DNA of 64,000 nt from Bdellovibrionales bacterium (lineage in GTDB: Bacteria; Bdellovibrionota; Bdellovibrionia; Bdellovibrionales; UBA1609). The stretch lies in NCBI GenBank assembly GCA_965199825.1, contig OZ241329.1, positions 128,001 through 192,000 on the forward strand, in the 5' to 3' direction. This document shows positions 1 to 9,359 of the stretch, piece after piece (position 1 is the first letter of the stretch; the number at the start of each line of letters is the position of its first letter). The position numbers and the translations under genes are program-made. Under the pieces are notes generated by a model, which worked only from the letters and a program-made list of their open reading frames with translations, ran no database searches and was not told where the DNA came from.

Positions 1-407
1 GTCTGTTTTAAAATCTCGGTGGAAGGACTTTTAAAAAAGTTCTCAAACCTTTCAAGTTCTTTATCACTCTCGATCTGCAACTTTTGAAAGACACTTAAAA
101 CTTGATTGGGCTTAAATCCATCGACCACAAAACTCGCACGATCTGCCACTCGCTGACGGATCGCGGGTGCCGAAGTTGAGGTGGCGATCATCGGTTGATC
201 GATTCTATTTCGAGTTGGAGGATTGAATGCGACAAAATTTTGAAACGTGCTGTGAGGACTTTTAATGGAAGCAAATTTACGAAGCGACAATAACAAGGTG
301 ACACAGAACGTGGATTTTCTTTCAACGAAGCGATCTAAATTCGAACACGATTTACAAAGAGCGCGTCCAAGAAGCAAAATGATAATGAAAAGGGCAAAAA
401 ACTGCAT
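1..407 (-). CDS. hypothetical protein, runs off the window edge (3' partial)
   Basis: Hand-translated open frame from ATG at 407 (MQFFALFIIILLLG...) to base 1 with no stop; true start uncertain. Confidence 0.45.
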   Translation of the reverse strand, partial: MQFFALFIIILLLGRALCKSCSNLDRFVERKSTFCVTLLLSLRKFASIKSPHSTFQNFVAFNPPTRNRIDQPMIATSTSAPAIRQRVADRASFVVDGFKPNQVLSVFQKLQIESDKELERFENFFKSPSTEILKQ

Positions 408-421
408 ACCAATAAAGGTAC

Positions 422-438
422 TGCAATCTTTCTGCCCA
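422..438 (-). promoter_or_regulatory. putative sigma54 -24/-12 promoter
   Basis: TGGGCAGAAAGATTGCA: GG-N10-GC spacing with TTGCA, directly after the pilR stop. Confidence 0.55.
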
Positions 439-443
439 GGAAA

Positions 444-1856
444 CTAAACCGCTTCGTCTTCGAGTTCGTCATCGCCGATTGTACCAAGATTGTATTTTTC
501 AACCCGGTAACGCATGGAGCGAAAGGTGATGCTTAAAAGCTTAGCCGCTTTTTTCTTTACCCCATTGGCGGCATGAATCGCTTTGAGCAAAAGCTCTTTT
601 TCGATATGACCCATCACCTTATCCAGATCAATTCCCTCATCGGTGATTTGGATCTCATGGCTTGAGGCCATCTTACGCCCCGAAGGCGTATTTACAAATG
701 GCGGTAAACTCTCGGGCAATATGGTGGCGCCGCCTTCAAGCGCAACCGTGCGCTCGATGATGTTTTCGAGCTCACGCACGTTGCCGGGGTAATCGTACTT
801 TTTGAGCATTTCCATTGCTTCAGCACTGATGGTCGAAATGGTTTTGCCCAATCGCTCGTCGTATTTTTTTAAAAAATGCTGAGCCAATGAGGGAATGTCT
901 TCTGGCCGCTCGCGCAAACTTGGAGTTGTGATGTTGATCACGTTCAGACGGTAAAATAAATCTTGGCGAAAAGCCCCAGTCGTCACCATCTCTTCAAGAT
1001 TTCGATTGGTTGCCGCAATGATTCTTACCGAAACACGTGAATCATCGGTGGCCCCCACGCGGCGGATGATTCGTTCTTGAATGGCTCGCAAGAGTTTAAC
1101 TTGAATGGTGAGAGGCAGTTCGCCGACCTCGTCTAAAAACAATGTTCCTTGATCAGCCACTTCAAATAAACCTTGTTTATCAGCAACTGCGCCAGTGAAC
1201 GAGCCTTTTTTGTGACCAAACATTTCGGATTCCATCAAATTTTCGGGAATCGCTCCACAGTTGACGGTCACAAATGGTTTATCTTTTAAAGGACCATTAA
1301 AATGGATCGCTTTTGCGACCATTTCTTTACCGGTACCGCTCTCGCCTGTGACCAACACATTGGTTGGAGTTTGTGAAACCCGCTTAATCAATTCATAAAT
1401 GCGATGCATGGTTTCAGAATTGCCCACCAGATTTTGAAAACTATATTCTCGTGTCAGTTCTTTTTTGAGAACCCGGTTTTCAACCTCAAGGTTTAAACTG
1501 CGAAGCGCATTTGCGATATTGATTCGCACTTCATCAATTTTAAAGGGTTTAGTGATGTAATCGTAAGCCCCAAGCTTCATGGCCTCAACCGCGGTTTCGG
1601 CGGTTCCAAAGGCGGTGATCATCATAAAAATCACATCGGGATAAATATTTTTAACTTGCTCTAACAATTGAAGACCAGTGATCTGGGGCATTTGCAAATC
1701 ACTCACGACCATATCAAAAGATTTCTTTTTCAAAATCTCAAGAGCCTTTGCACCATCTTCTGCACATGTGACTTCGTAGCCCTCTTTGCGCAGCATGATT
1801 TCTAAAAATTCGCGGATTGATTCTTCGTCGTCGACAACTAAAATGCGTGCTTTCAT
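444..1856 (-). CDS. pilR: sigma54-dependent response regulator PilR (NtrC family)
   Basis: REC domain, GESGTGKE, GSFTGA loop, C-terminal HTH; follows pilS in a pilB-T-C-S-R cluster. Confidence 0.9.
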   Translation of the reverse strand: MKARILVVDDEESIREFLEIMLRKEGYEVTCAEDGAKALEILKKKSFDMVVSDLQMPQITGLQLLEQVKNIYPDVIFMMITAFGTAETAVEAMKLGAYDYITKPFKIDEVRINIANALRSLNLEVENRVLKKELTREYSFQNLVGNSETMHRIYELIKRVSQTPTNVLVTGESGTGKEMVAKAIHFNGPLKDKPFVTVNCGAIPENLMESEMFGHKKGSFTGAVADKQGLFEVADQGTLFLDEVGELPLTIQVKLLRAIQERIIRRVGATDDSRVSVRIIAATNRNLEEMVTTGAFRQDLFYRLNVINITTPSLRERPEDIPSLAQHFLKKYDERLGKTISTISAEAMEMLKKYDYPGNVRELENIIERTVALEGGATILPESLPPFVNTPSGRKMASSHEIQITDEGIDLDKVMGHIEKELLLKAIHAANGVKKKAAKLLSITFRSMRYRVEKYNLGTIGDDELEDEAV

Positions 1857-1908
1857 TAAGACCCCTCTTACTTCTAATGATGCTCAAAATTAAAGAAGTT
1901 TACAACTT

Positions 1909-3534
1909 TTAAGCGTGTTTCTGAGAATCAGTCTTGCAAAAATCGATGGTAAAGGTCGTACCCTTTTTGTTTTCACTTTCAACAAAGACCTTAGCCTCGT
2001 GATTCTCGAGGATCTTGTAAGTAATGGCTAAACCAAGGCCCGTGCCCTTGGACTTGGTGGTATGAAAGGGCTCAAATATTTTTTGCAAATTGGCTTTTTC
2101 AATTCCGCTGCCGTTATCGCGAATGATCAAAATCACTTCGCCATTTTGGTCTTTGGTCTCAATGGTGAGTTCAGGATTTTCTATTTTGTCCATAGCCTGA
2201 TACGCATTAATCACAATATTTAACAGCGCCTGTTTGAGTTTATGCGGATGTGCAAGAATTCGCTTTTTCGCATTGAGGCTCGACGTTTGTCGAACGTCTT
2301 TTCTTAAAGCTTTATTGAGCTGCACAATTTCTAAAACTTCTTGGATCAAACGATTCACATCAAGGGTCTCATCGGGCTTGGTCTCTGGCCGAGTAAAATC
2401 CAGAAACTCTGTAATCAAAAGATTAAGCCGATCCACTTCGCGAATCACAATTCGCATCAATTTTCTTTCTTCGTCGCTGAGTTCTCTGGTGTTTGATAAC
2501 ATGAACTCAACACTGCCCGATATGCTCGCCAAAGGGTTTCGAATCTCATGGGCAATGCCTGCGGCCAAGGTTCCGATGGCGGCCAATTTTTCTTGGTTAC
2601 GCACCTGCATCTCGAGTCGCTTCATCTGGGTGATATCTTGAAAAAGAACAACAAAACCTTTGAGATGTTTTTCAGAATTTAAGAGGGTTGAGGTCGTAAC
2701 CGAAAAAAGCAGTTTTTCATTTTTGAGATTGATAAAGACTTCTTCAGAGCGATGGGCCTTGCCTTTTTTAACCAAACCCCGCGAGACCGCATCCGACAAA
2801 TCCGAAAAAATTTGATTCAAATATTTTTTATTTAATCCTAAATCATCAAGAGTCATAATCGCGGCGCGATTGGCATAGGAGATGCGTTGATCAAGATCAA
2901 GAGTGATCAGACCGGTCCCGATATTATCAACAATCAAATGATTCAGATCTTTTAAAACTTCAAGATCTTTAGTTTTTTGGCTGAGCTGCACGGTCCATAA
3001 GCTACTTAAGACCGCCACCGCAAAAAAAGCCAAATTGTTTACACCCAATGCCAGATAAAGGCTTGAGCTCTCCACACTTGGGCTTAGCAACAAAAGGACA
3101 CTTAACAACGAGGACGCCCAAAGGGCCATCAACACGGCGCCTTGTTTTTTAAATAAGAGGCCTGAAAAAATAATGGTGATGAGATAAAGAAAGATAAATG
3201 CCGATTGAGCCCCGCCGGTAAAATAGAGCAAGCCGGTGATTGCCACCACATCCAGACCTAAAAGCGCTGCACTAGCAAAATAAAATCTTTTAAGCCGAGT
3301 ATTAAAAAATAAAAATAATCCATTGAGTAAAAACTGACCGAGCAAAATCGAATAGACCGGAAACCAAAGAGCCGGATTGGAAAAATCGCCCTCGCTCATT
3401 TGAAATCCAAAGGCCATAATCAAAATGATAAGAAAAAAAACGGTTCTTAAAAAATGAACCGCAAAGGCCTGTCGCGAAGACGAGTCGCGCTGATCACCAG
3501 AAATATTGTCAAGCAGCTGATAACTCGTCATCAA
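1909..3534 (-). CDS. pilS: sensor histidine kinase PilS
   Basis: N-terminal TM helices, PAS, H-box AHEIRNPL, GTGLGL; synteny. Confidence 0.88.
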   Translation of the reverse strand: MMTSYQLLDNISGDQRDSSSRQAFAVHFLRTVFFLIILIMAFGFQMSEGDFSNPALWFPVYSILLGQFLLNGLFLFFNTRLKRFYFASAALLGLDVVAITGLLYFTGGAQSAFIFLYLITIIFSGLLFKKQGAVLMALWASSLLSVLLLLSPSVESSSLYLALGVNNLAFFAVAVLSSLWTVQLSQKTKDLEVLKDLNHLIVDNIGTGLITLDLDQRISYANRAAIMTLDDLGLNKKYLNQIFSDLSDAVSRGLVKKGKAHRSEEVFINLKNEKLLFSVTTSTLLNSEKHLKGFVVLFQDITQMKRLEMQVRNQEKLAAIGTLAAGIAHEIRNPLASISGSVEFMLSNTRELSDEERKLMRIVIREVDRLNLLITEFLDFTRPETKPDETLDVNRLIQEVLEIVQLNKALRKDVRQTSSLNAKKRILAHPHKLKQALLNIVINAYQAMDKIENPELTIETKDQNGEVILIIRDNGSGIEKANLQKIFEPFHTTKSKGTGLGLAITYKILENHEAKVFVESENKKGTTFTIDFCKTDSQKHA

Positions 3535-4739
3535 TTGCCCACAGTGTTTGCCATTTGAAAAATGGGAAGATACATGGCGATCACAATCACCGCGATAATG
3601 CCGCCCAAAAACACCATCAACATCGGCTCAAGTAAACTTGTTAAAGTTTCGGCGGCCACTTCGACTTCTTCTTCATAAAAATCGGCAACCTTACTCAGCA
3701 TCGTATCCAAGTTTCCGGTTTGCTCTCCAATTGAAATCATTTGGGTCACCATGTTTGGAATCGCCTTCACTTTTTTAAGCGGCTCAACCAAACTTTTACC
3801 TTTTGAAACCGAATCCTTACATTCAATCAAAGCCCGCTCGATCACCCAATTGCCAGAGGTGCTGCCCGCAATATCTAAAGCCTCAAGAATCCGCACCCCT
3901 GCGCCCAACAATGTCGAAAGGGTGCGAGACATTCTGGCAACCGATCCCTTTTGAATCAGCCCGCCAAGCACAGGCAGCTGGATCAAGATCGGATCCATGG
4001 TCTTTTTGCCTTCAGCGGTGTCGTAAAACATTTTAAATCCAAATGGAATTCCGACTACAATCGCAATCAACATGTACCAATACTTTACAAATAATTGAGA
4101 AAGGTGAATCACAAAACTGGTTAACGCCGGAAGTTCTTGTCTGGCATTTTCAAATACCTTAACAAAACTCGGAATCACAAAGATCATAATTCCTGCAACA
4201 ACCAAAAAGGCCACAACCAAAACCGCTCCTGGATACCATAGAGCACCTTTGATTTTTCCTTTGAGTTTGACCGACTTTTCAATATAGGTCGCCAAACGCT
4301 CAAGGATCACGTCAAGCACTCCACCCTCTTCGCCGGCCTTTACAAGATTGACGTACATACGATCAAACACATTGGGTTGATTTTGGAGAGCTTCACCTAA
4401 ACGGCTCCCGCGCTCCACATCGCCCACAACTTTTTTGATTGTTCGTTGCAGTGCCAAAGATTTTGACGAGTCGACAAGAGCTTGAAGACTTTGAACAACA
4501 GGAACACCCGCACTGATCAACACCGCAAATTGACGAGTAAATATTTGCAAATCTTTTGAACTGACTGAGTCTTGAAAAAACTGAATGCCTTGCGATTTTT
4601 TTTGGGCATTAGTAACACGCACCGGAACCAAACGCTGCGCCCGAATTTTTATTCGGGCTTCGCTCTCAGAGGCTGCCTCTAATTCGCCCTTGACTGATTT
4701 TCCATCAGCGGTTTTTGCGACGAAATTAAAGGTTGGCAT
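3531..4739 (-). CDS. pilC: type IV pilus inner-membrane platform protein PilC (GspF family)
   Basis: FTRQFAVLISAGVP, GEEGGVLD, GEQTGNLD, LLEP motifs. Confidence 0.93.
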   Translation of the reverse strand: MPTFNFVAKTADGKSVKGELEAASESEARIKIRAQRLVPVRVTNAQKKSQGIQFFQDSVSSKDLQIFTRQFAVLISAGVPVVQSLQALVDSSKSLALQRTIKKVVGDVERGSRLGEALQNQPNVFDRMYVNLVKAGEEGGVLDVILERLATYIEKSVKLKGKIKGALWYPGAVLVVAFLVVAGIMIFVIPSFVKVFENARQELPALTSFVIHLSQLFVKYWYMLIAIVVGIPFGFKMFYDTAEGKKTMDPILIQLPVLGGLIQKGSVARMSRTLSTLLGAGVRILEALDIAGSTSGNWVIERALIECKDSVSKGKSLVEPLKKVKAIPNMVTQMISIGEQTGNLDTMLSKVADFYEEEVEVAAETLTSLLEPMLMVFLGGIIAVIVIAMYLPIFQMANTVGN

Positions 4740-5807
4740 TTAGACTCCTGCTGTTTTCATTAATTTATCTAGCTCTTCGGGATCCGATGAGAATTCAAAA
4801 GCGGTTTTGAGCTCAATTCTTCTTTTTAAAACAAGTTTGAGCAAACTCTGATTCATGGTGATCATTCCAGATTTTTCTTGCCCCACTTGCATCATCCCGT
4901 AGACCTGATGAAGTTTATTTTCTCGAATTAAATTTCGAATATTGGTGTTTAAAAAAAGCACTTCGACCGCAGCCACCATCCCGCCATTGATTGCGGGTAA
5001 AAGTCGCTGACTGATAATGGCGTTGAGCACAAAACTCAGTTGCACTCGAATGCGGTCTTGCTGGTCGGATGGAAATACCGAGATCACCCGATTGATGGTT
5101 TGGGTGGCCGAGTTGGTATGAAGAGTTCCAAAAACCAAGTGACCAGTTTCGGCCACAACGAGTGCGGCTTCGACCGTTTCAAGATCTCTCATCTCACCGA
5201 TGAGGCAAACATCGGGATCTTGGCGAAGAATATATTTTAAAGCGTGCGCAAAGCTTGCGGTATCCACTCCAATTTCTCGCTGATTCACAATCGAATTGCG
5301 ATGGGGATGGACATACTCAATTGGATCTTCAACAGTAATGATATGGCCGCGCATGTCTTTATTGATTTTATCAATCAACGAAGCAAGTGTTGTACTTTTT
5401 CCTGATCCGGTTGGACCTGTGACCAACACAAGACCTGTGGGGTATTTTAAAACCTCTTGCACCGATTGTGGAAGTCCAAGCATTTCAATATCGGGAACTT
5501 GATTCGGAACTCTTCTGAAGACGGCACTCACCGCACCCTTTTGCATAAAATAATTTGCACGAAATCGTGACAGCTCTTTAATTCCAAAACTAAAATCCAA
5601 TTCTTTTAATGTTTCGAATTTTGCTTTTTGGGCGTCGGTTAAAATCGAATAGCAAATGGTTTGGGTGTCATCGGCATTGAGATCCTCGGATTTGATCCTG
5701 ACGATGCCGCCGTCCACCCGCAATACGGGCGGCGAACCAGCGACAATATGTAAATCTGAAGCTCCCTGTTTGACAGCTGCCTTAAGCAACTGTTGCAGAG
5801 AAATCAC
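4740..5807 (-). CDS. pilT: type IV pilus retraction ATPase PilT
   Basis: ASDLH, Walker A GPTGSGKST, LRQDPD, AETGHLVFGTLHTNS. Confidence 0.93.
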   Translation of the reverse strand: MISLQQLLKAAVKQGASDLHIVAGSPPVLRVDGGIVRIKSEDLNADDTQTICYSILTDAQKAKFETLKELDFSFGIKELSRFRANYFMQKGAVSAVFRRVPNQVPDIEMLGLPQSVQEVLKYPTGLVLVTGPTGSGKSTTLASLIDKINKDMRGHIITVEDPIEYVHPHRNSIVNQREIGVDTASFAHALKYILRQDPDVCLIGEMRDLETVEAALVVAETGHLVFGTLHTNSATQTINRVISVFPSDQQDRIRVQLSFVLNAIISQRLLPAINGGMVAAVEVLFLNTNIRNLIRENKLHQVYGMMQVGQEKSGMITMNQSLLKLVLKRRIELKTAFEFSSDPEELDKLMKTAGV

Positions 5808-7516
5808 AGATCATCTCCGACCGAAGTATTTAAGACTTCCTCAACGGTCGTCAAACCATCGCGAAGTTTTAACAGAGCACTGTGACGCAGAGATTTCATT
5901 CCTTCTTTTTCGATCGCGTAACGCTTTAATTCCAAGGGTGAGCTTCCTTTAAAAATGGCATCCTTAACCGCGCCGGTGATCTTCATCACTTCAAAAATCG
6001 CGATTCGACCTTTGAGGCCGGTGCCTTTACACACTTCACAACCTTCACCTTTACGTGTTTTTGTAAAGGCATCAAGCTCACTTTGTTTTACGCCGAGATC
6101 AATCAAAGTTTCTGGAGCAACTCGATGATCCACCGAACACTTCTCACAGATTTTTTTTATTAAACGCTGAGCCACAACCAGCGAAGTTGCTTCGGCCACC
6201 ATATAAGGAGCAACCCCCATATCAATCAGGCGTGTGACAGTGGCTGCAGCATCATTAGTGTGCAGAGTCGACACCACCAAGTGACCCGTAGACGCCGCTT
6301 TGTAACCAATTTCTGCGGTGATCAAATCGCGAATCTCACCCACCATAATGATCTCGGGATCTTGACGCAAAAAAGATCTTAACACTTCGGGAAAGCCCAA
6401 ACCAATTTCGGCATTGATCTGAACTTGATTGATTCCATCTAAATTGAATTCCACCGGATCTTCTGCGGTCGAAACATTTCGCCGTATCGTATTGAGTTCG
6501 GCCAAGGCCGAATAAATGGTGGTGGTTTTTCCCGAGCCCGTGGGGCCTGTGATCAAAACCATTCCTTGGGGCAGATAAATCGCTTTTTTAAAAACCGCGA
6601 GTTGGTCGGCTTCCATCCCGAGCTTGGTCATATCCACTTGCAAATTGGATTTATCCAAAAGGCGCAGCACCACTTTTTCGCCAAACATTGTGGGCAGAAC
6701 ACTCACCCGAAAATCAACCTCGCGCCCATTGCGCAGTCGCACCTTGAGGCGTCCATCTTGGGCCAAACGGCGCTGCGAGATATCGAGCTTACTCAAAATT
6801 TTTATTCTTGAAGCAATCGCTGCCGCCGTCCCCGGAGGGGGCTGAGTTTTTTCGAGCAAAGTGCCGTCAATGCGAAATCGAATTCGAAATCTTTTTTCAT
6901 AAGGCTCAATATGAATATCAGAGGCCCGTGATTTAATTGCTTCGGCAAGCATCACATTCACAAACTTAACAATGGGGCCTTCATCGGTGTCCTTGATTTG
7001 GTCAATAATTTCTGTTTGGGCGACGGTTCCGGTAAAAGTATCCTCGGAATCTTCCATCTCTTGCATGATCGAAGAAAACTGTTCGGTCCCGCCGTAATAT
7101 TTTTCGATTGCTGCCGTAATGGACTGCTCGCTCGCCACCACAATTTCAATTTTGCATCGAGTGGATAAAGCCAAATCATCTTTGACATAAGTATTTGAGG
7201 GATCCGCAAATGCGACCACCAAAGTCTTATCAACTTTTGAAACCGGAATAATGCAATTTTTTTCGCACACATTGCGCGCAACCGTCTTGATGGTTTCTGG
7301 ATCGATTTCAAAACTTGAAAAATCGATAGTTTGAAATCCATACTGCTGACTTAAAAATTCGGTAAGATCAGACTCTTTGACATAGCCCATGCGAACGATG
7401 GTTGAGGTCAGCCTGCCGCCATTTTGTTTTTGATCGCGGCGCGCCTGTTCGAGTTGGTCCATATCAATAAGATTTTCTCGAACGAGAAGTTCCCCTATAC
7501 CCTGCTTTGCCGCCAT
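5804..7516 (-). CDS. pilB: type IV pilus assembly ATPase PilB
   Basis: ASDIHIEP, GPTGSGKTTT, LRQDPE, CxxC zinc motifs; start moved to ATG 7516 (MAAKQGIGELL). Confidence 0.93.
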   Translation of the reverse strand: MAAKQGIGELLVRENLIDMDQLEQARRDQKQNGGRLTSTIVRMGYVKESDLTEFLSQQYGFQTIDFSSFEIDPETIKTVARNVCEKNCIIPVSKVDKTLVVAFADPSNTYVKDDLALSTRCKIEIVVASEQSITAAIEKYYGGTEQFSSIMQEMEDSEDTFTGTVAQTEIIDQIKDTDEGPIVKFVNVMLAEAIKSRASDIHIEPYEKRFRIRFRIDGTLLEKTQPPPGTAAAIASRIKILSKLDISQRRLAQDGRLKVRLRNGREVDFRVSVLPTMFGEKVVLRLLDKSNLQVDMTKLGMEADQLAVFKKAIYLPQGMVLITGPTGSGKTTTIYSALAELNTIRRNVSTAEDPVEFNLDGINQVQINAEIGLGFPEVLRSFLRQDPEIIMVGEIRDLITAEIGYKAASTGHLVVSTLHTNDAAATVTRLIDMGVAPYMVAEATSLVVAQRLIKKICEKCSVDHRVAPETLIDLGVKQSELDAFTKTRKGEGCEVCKGTGLKGRIAIFEVMKITGAVKDAIFKGSSPLELKRYAIEKEGMKSLRHSALLKLRDGLTTVEEVLNTSVGDDL

Positions 7517-7576
7517 ATGTCCTGTTACCCCTATAAAAATATTTTTACATAGGGCCACATTCTTTGTAACTGGCCC

Positions 7577-8398
7577 TTAGTCCGATTTGGCTAGAGCAGC
7601 TGTGAGCGCGGTTTGATATGCAACTTGATCAAGATTCTGATTAAATATTTTTTTAACCCAAAGCGCATCGACCTCGGAGGCCACCTCAATCCCTGAGGTC
7701 ACATGAAGACCAACGCTTAAGGCCTCTTCAAGAAAAATATTTTTTGTTTTGGAAAGACCAAAATCCCACACCACACCGTCTTGGCGAACAAAATTAAAAT
7801 AGAGCAGATCATTTAAAATCGGATTTTCCTTTGAGTCATCAAGGGCATTGACCACAAAACCACTCTCGCCGTGAAGATTGACCAATTCATTTGATGGAAC
7901 AATTTGGAGTGTGGCCCCAAATAATTTTGGCATCATCAGTTTTGAAAACTCTTTTGTTTTTTGGGGATTGCTATCAGTAATCATAAATTTCTTTAAGCCC
8001 GCTTGAAACAGGGCATAGGTTGCAACTCTGGCTAGCGCATCGGTGCCGACCATCAGCACCGACATATCGCGATCCACTTGCGAAAGACTGGATTTAAAAA
8101 GAGTCAATAACGCTTCGATCAACAAACACTCAGGCCACCACTGATGCCCATCAAAATTCAGCGAATCAAAAGCCCCGCCCGCCCGCACAAGTAAGGATTG
8201 AAACTTGAGAGACTCAAGAGCTGTTGCCCCCAGTTCTAATGGAACCCGAATCGCTTTGACGTCGGTTGTTTTGATCAATTCAACAAGATCTTGAGACTCA
8301 CTTGTGATCAATTCATTTGCCACACCCATTTGATTTAAAGTTTGGCAAAGAGTTTGGGAACGCACGTGATTGTGAGGTGAGACATCAAGCCATTTCAT
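7577..8398 (-). CDS. divergent shikimate-dehydrogenase-like protein (probably inactive)
   Basis: AroE-like size and layout (VLMVGTDALAR, VVNA, VWD, SGIEV) but canonical catalytic and NADP motifs are degenerate. Confidence 0.55.
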   Translation of the reverse strand: MKWLDVSPHNHVRSQTLCQTLNQMGVANELITSESQDLVELIKTTDVKAIRVPLELGATALESLKFQSLLVRAGGAFDSLNFDGHQWWPECLLIEALLTLFKSSLSQVDRDMSVLMVGTDALARVATYALFQAGLKKFMITDSNPQKTKEFSKLMMPKLFGATLQIVPSNELVNLHGESGFVVNALDDSKENPILNDLLYFNFVRQDGVVWDFGLSKTKNIFLEEALSVGLHVTSGIEVASEVDALWVKKIFNQNLDQVAYQTALTAALAKSD

Positions 8399-9294
8399 TT
8401 TTTAAGCTTTGCAAAATGATCACGTGCGAAGTTGGAGTCCTCTGCGATTTGCTTTTTTAATTCGTCAAGTGAGCCAAATTTTTTTTCATCACGAATGCGG
8501 GCTAAGAACTCAACTCGCAAATCGGTGTCATACAAATTTTGATTATAATCAAAAAGATGCACTTCGACCAAGGGCTCCGTGCGCTCAACCACGGTGGGCG
8601 CATAACCCACATTGGTCACGCCCTCATACTGCGAATTGACTCGTGTGATGTAGACACCTGTTTTTGGAATCAGCTCTGAGAATGTTTTTAAGTTTGCGGT
8701 GGGGTATCCGAGCTGGCGACCGCGACCCTCGCCTTTGATCACGCGGCCAACCATTTCATAAGGTCTTCCCAAAAACAATTGGGCGCGCTCCACATTGCCA
8801 TCACTTAAAAACTGGCGCACAGAATTGGATGAGACCACTTGACCATCAATTTTGAGGGCCTCAACAACATTAAGATTAAAACCCATTTGCCTGAGCAAAT
8901 CGATTGAACCCTTGCGATCGGCACCGAATGAAAAATCATATCCCACCACCACATGTTGCGGATTTAAAATCTTAAGAATTTGATCCAAAAAATTTTCCGG
9001 CGGAGTTTGGGCAAACTCCAATGTAAAGGGCTCGACCACTAAGGTCTCGACACCCAATGATTCCATTTGTGAGGAAAGCTGATCTGCGGTGCAGATTTTT
9101 TTTAAATTTTTATTTGGAAAAAGCACACGCACTGGGTGCGGCGAAAATGTCATGACCACAGACCTCTGGCCAAAGGACTTTACAATACGAATCAACTCCT
9201 GATGACCAAGATGGACCCCATCAAAATTGCCAATGGTGAGAGCTGTCGCGTTGAATTTTTGTTGGATTTGCGAAAGTCCTTCAAAGAGCCGCAT
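8395..9294 (-). CDS. ribF: bifunctional riboflavin kinase/FAD synthetase
   Basis: IGNFDGVHLGH, GRQLGYPTAN, EVHLFD, RDEKKF. Confidence 0.95.
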   Translation of the reverse strand: MRLFEGLSQIQQKFNATALTIGNFDGVHLGHQELIRIVKSFGQRSVVMTFSPHPVRVLFPNKNLKKICTADQLSSQMESLGVETLVVEPFTLEFAQTPPENFLDQILKILNPQHVVVGYDFSFGADRKGSIDLLRQMGFNLNVVEALKIDGQVVSSNSVRQFLSDGNVERAQLFLGRPYEMVGRVIKGEGRGRQLGYPTANLKTFSELIPKTGVYITRVNSQYEGVTNVGYAPTVVERTEPLVEVHLFDYNQNLYDTDLRVEFLARIRDEKKFGSLDELKKQIAEDSNFARDHFAKLKK

Positions 9295-9359
9295 GCCAAT
9301 AACCTACTTAAGAGAAGTACCAATTGAAAACATCCATCTCTTTTGCGACATTGCGTTAG

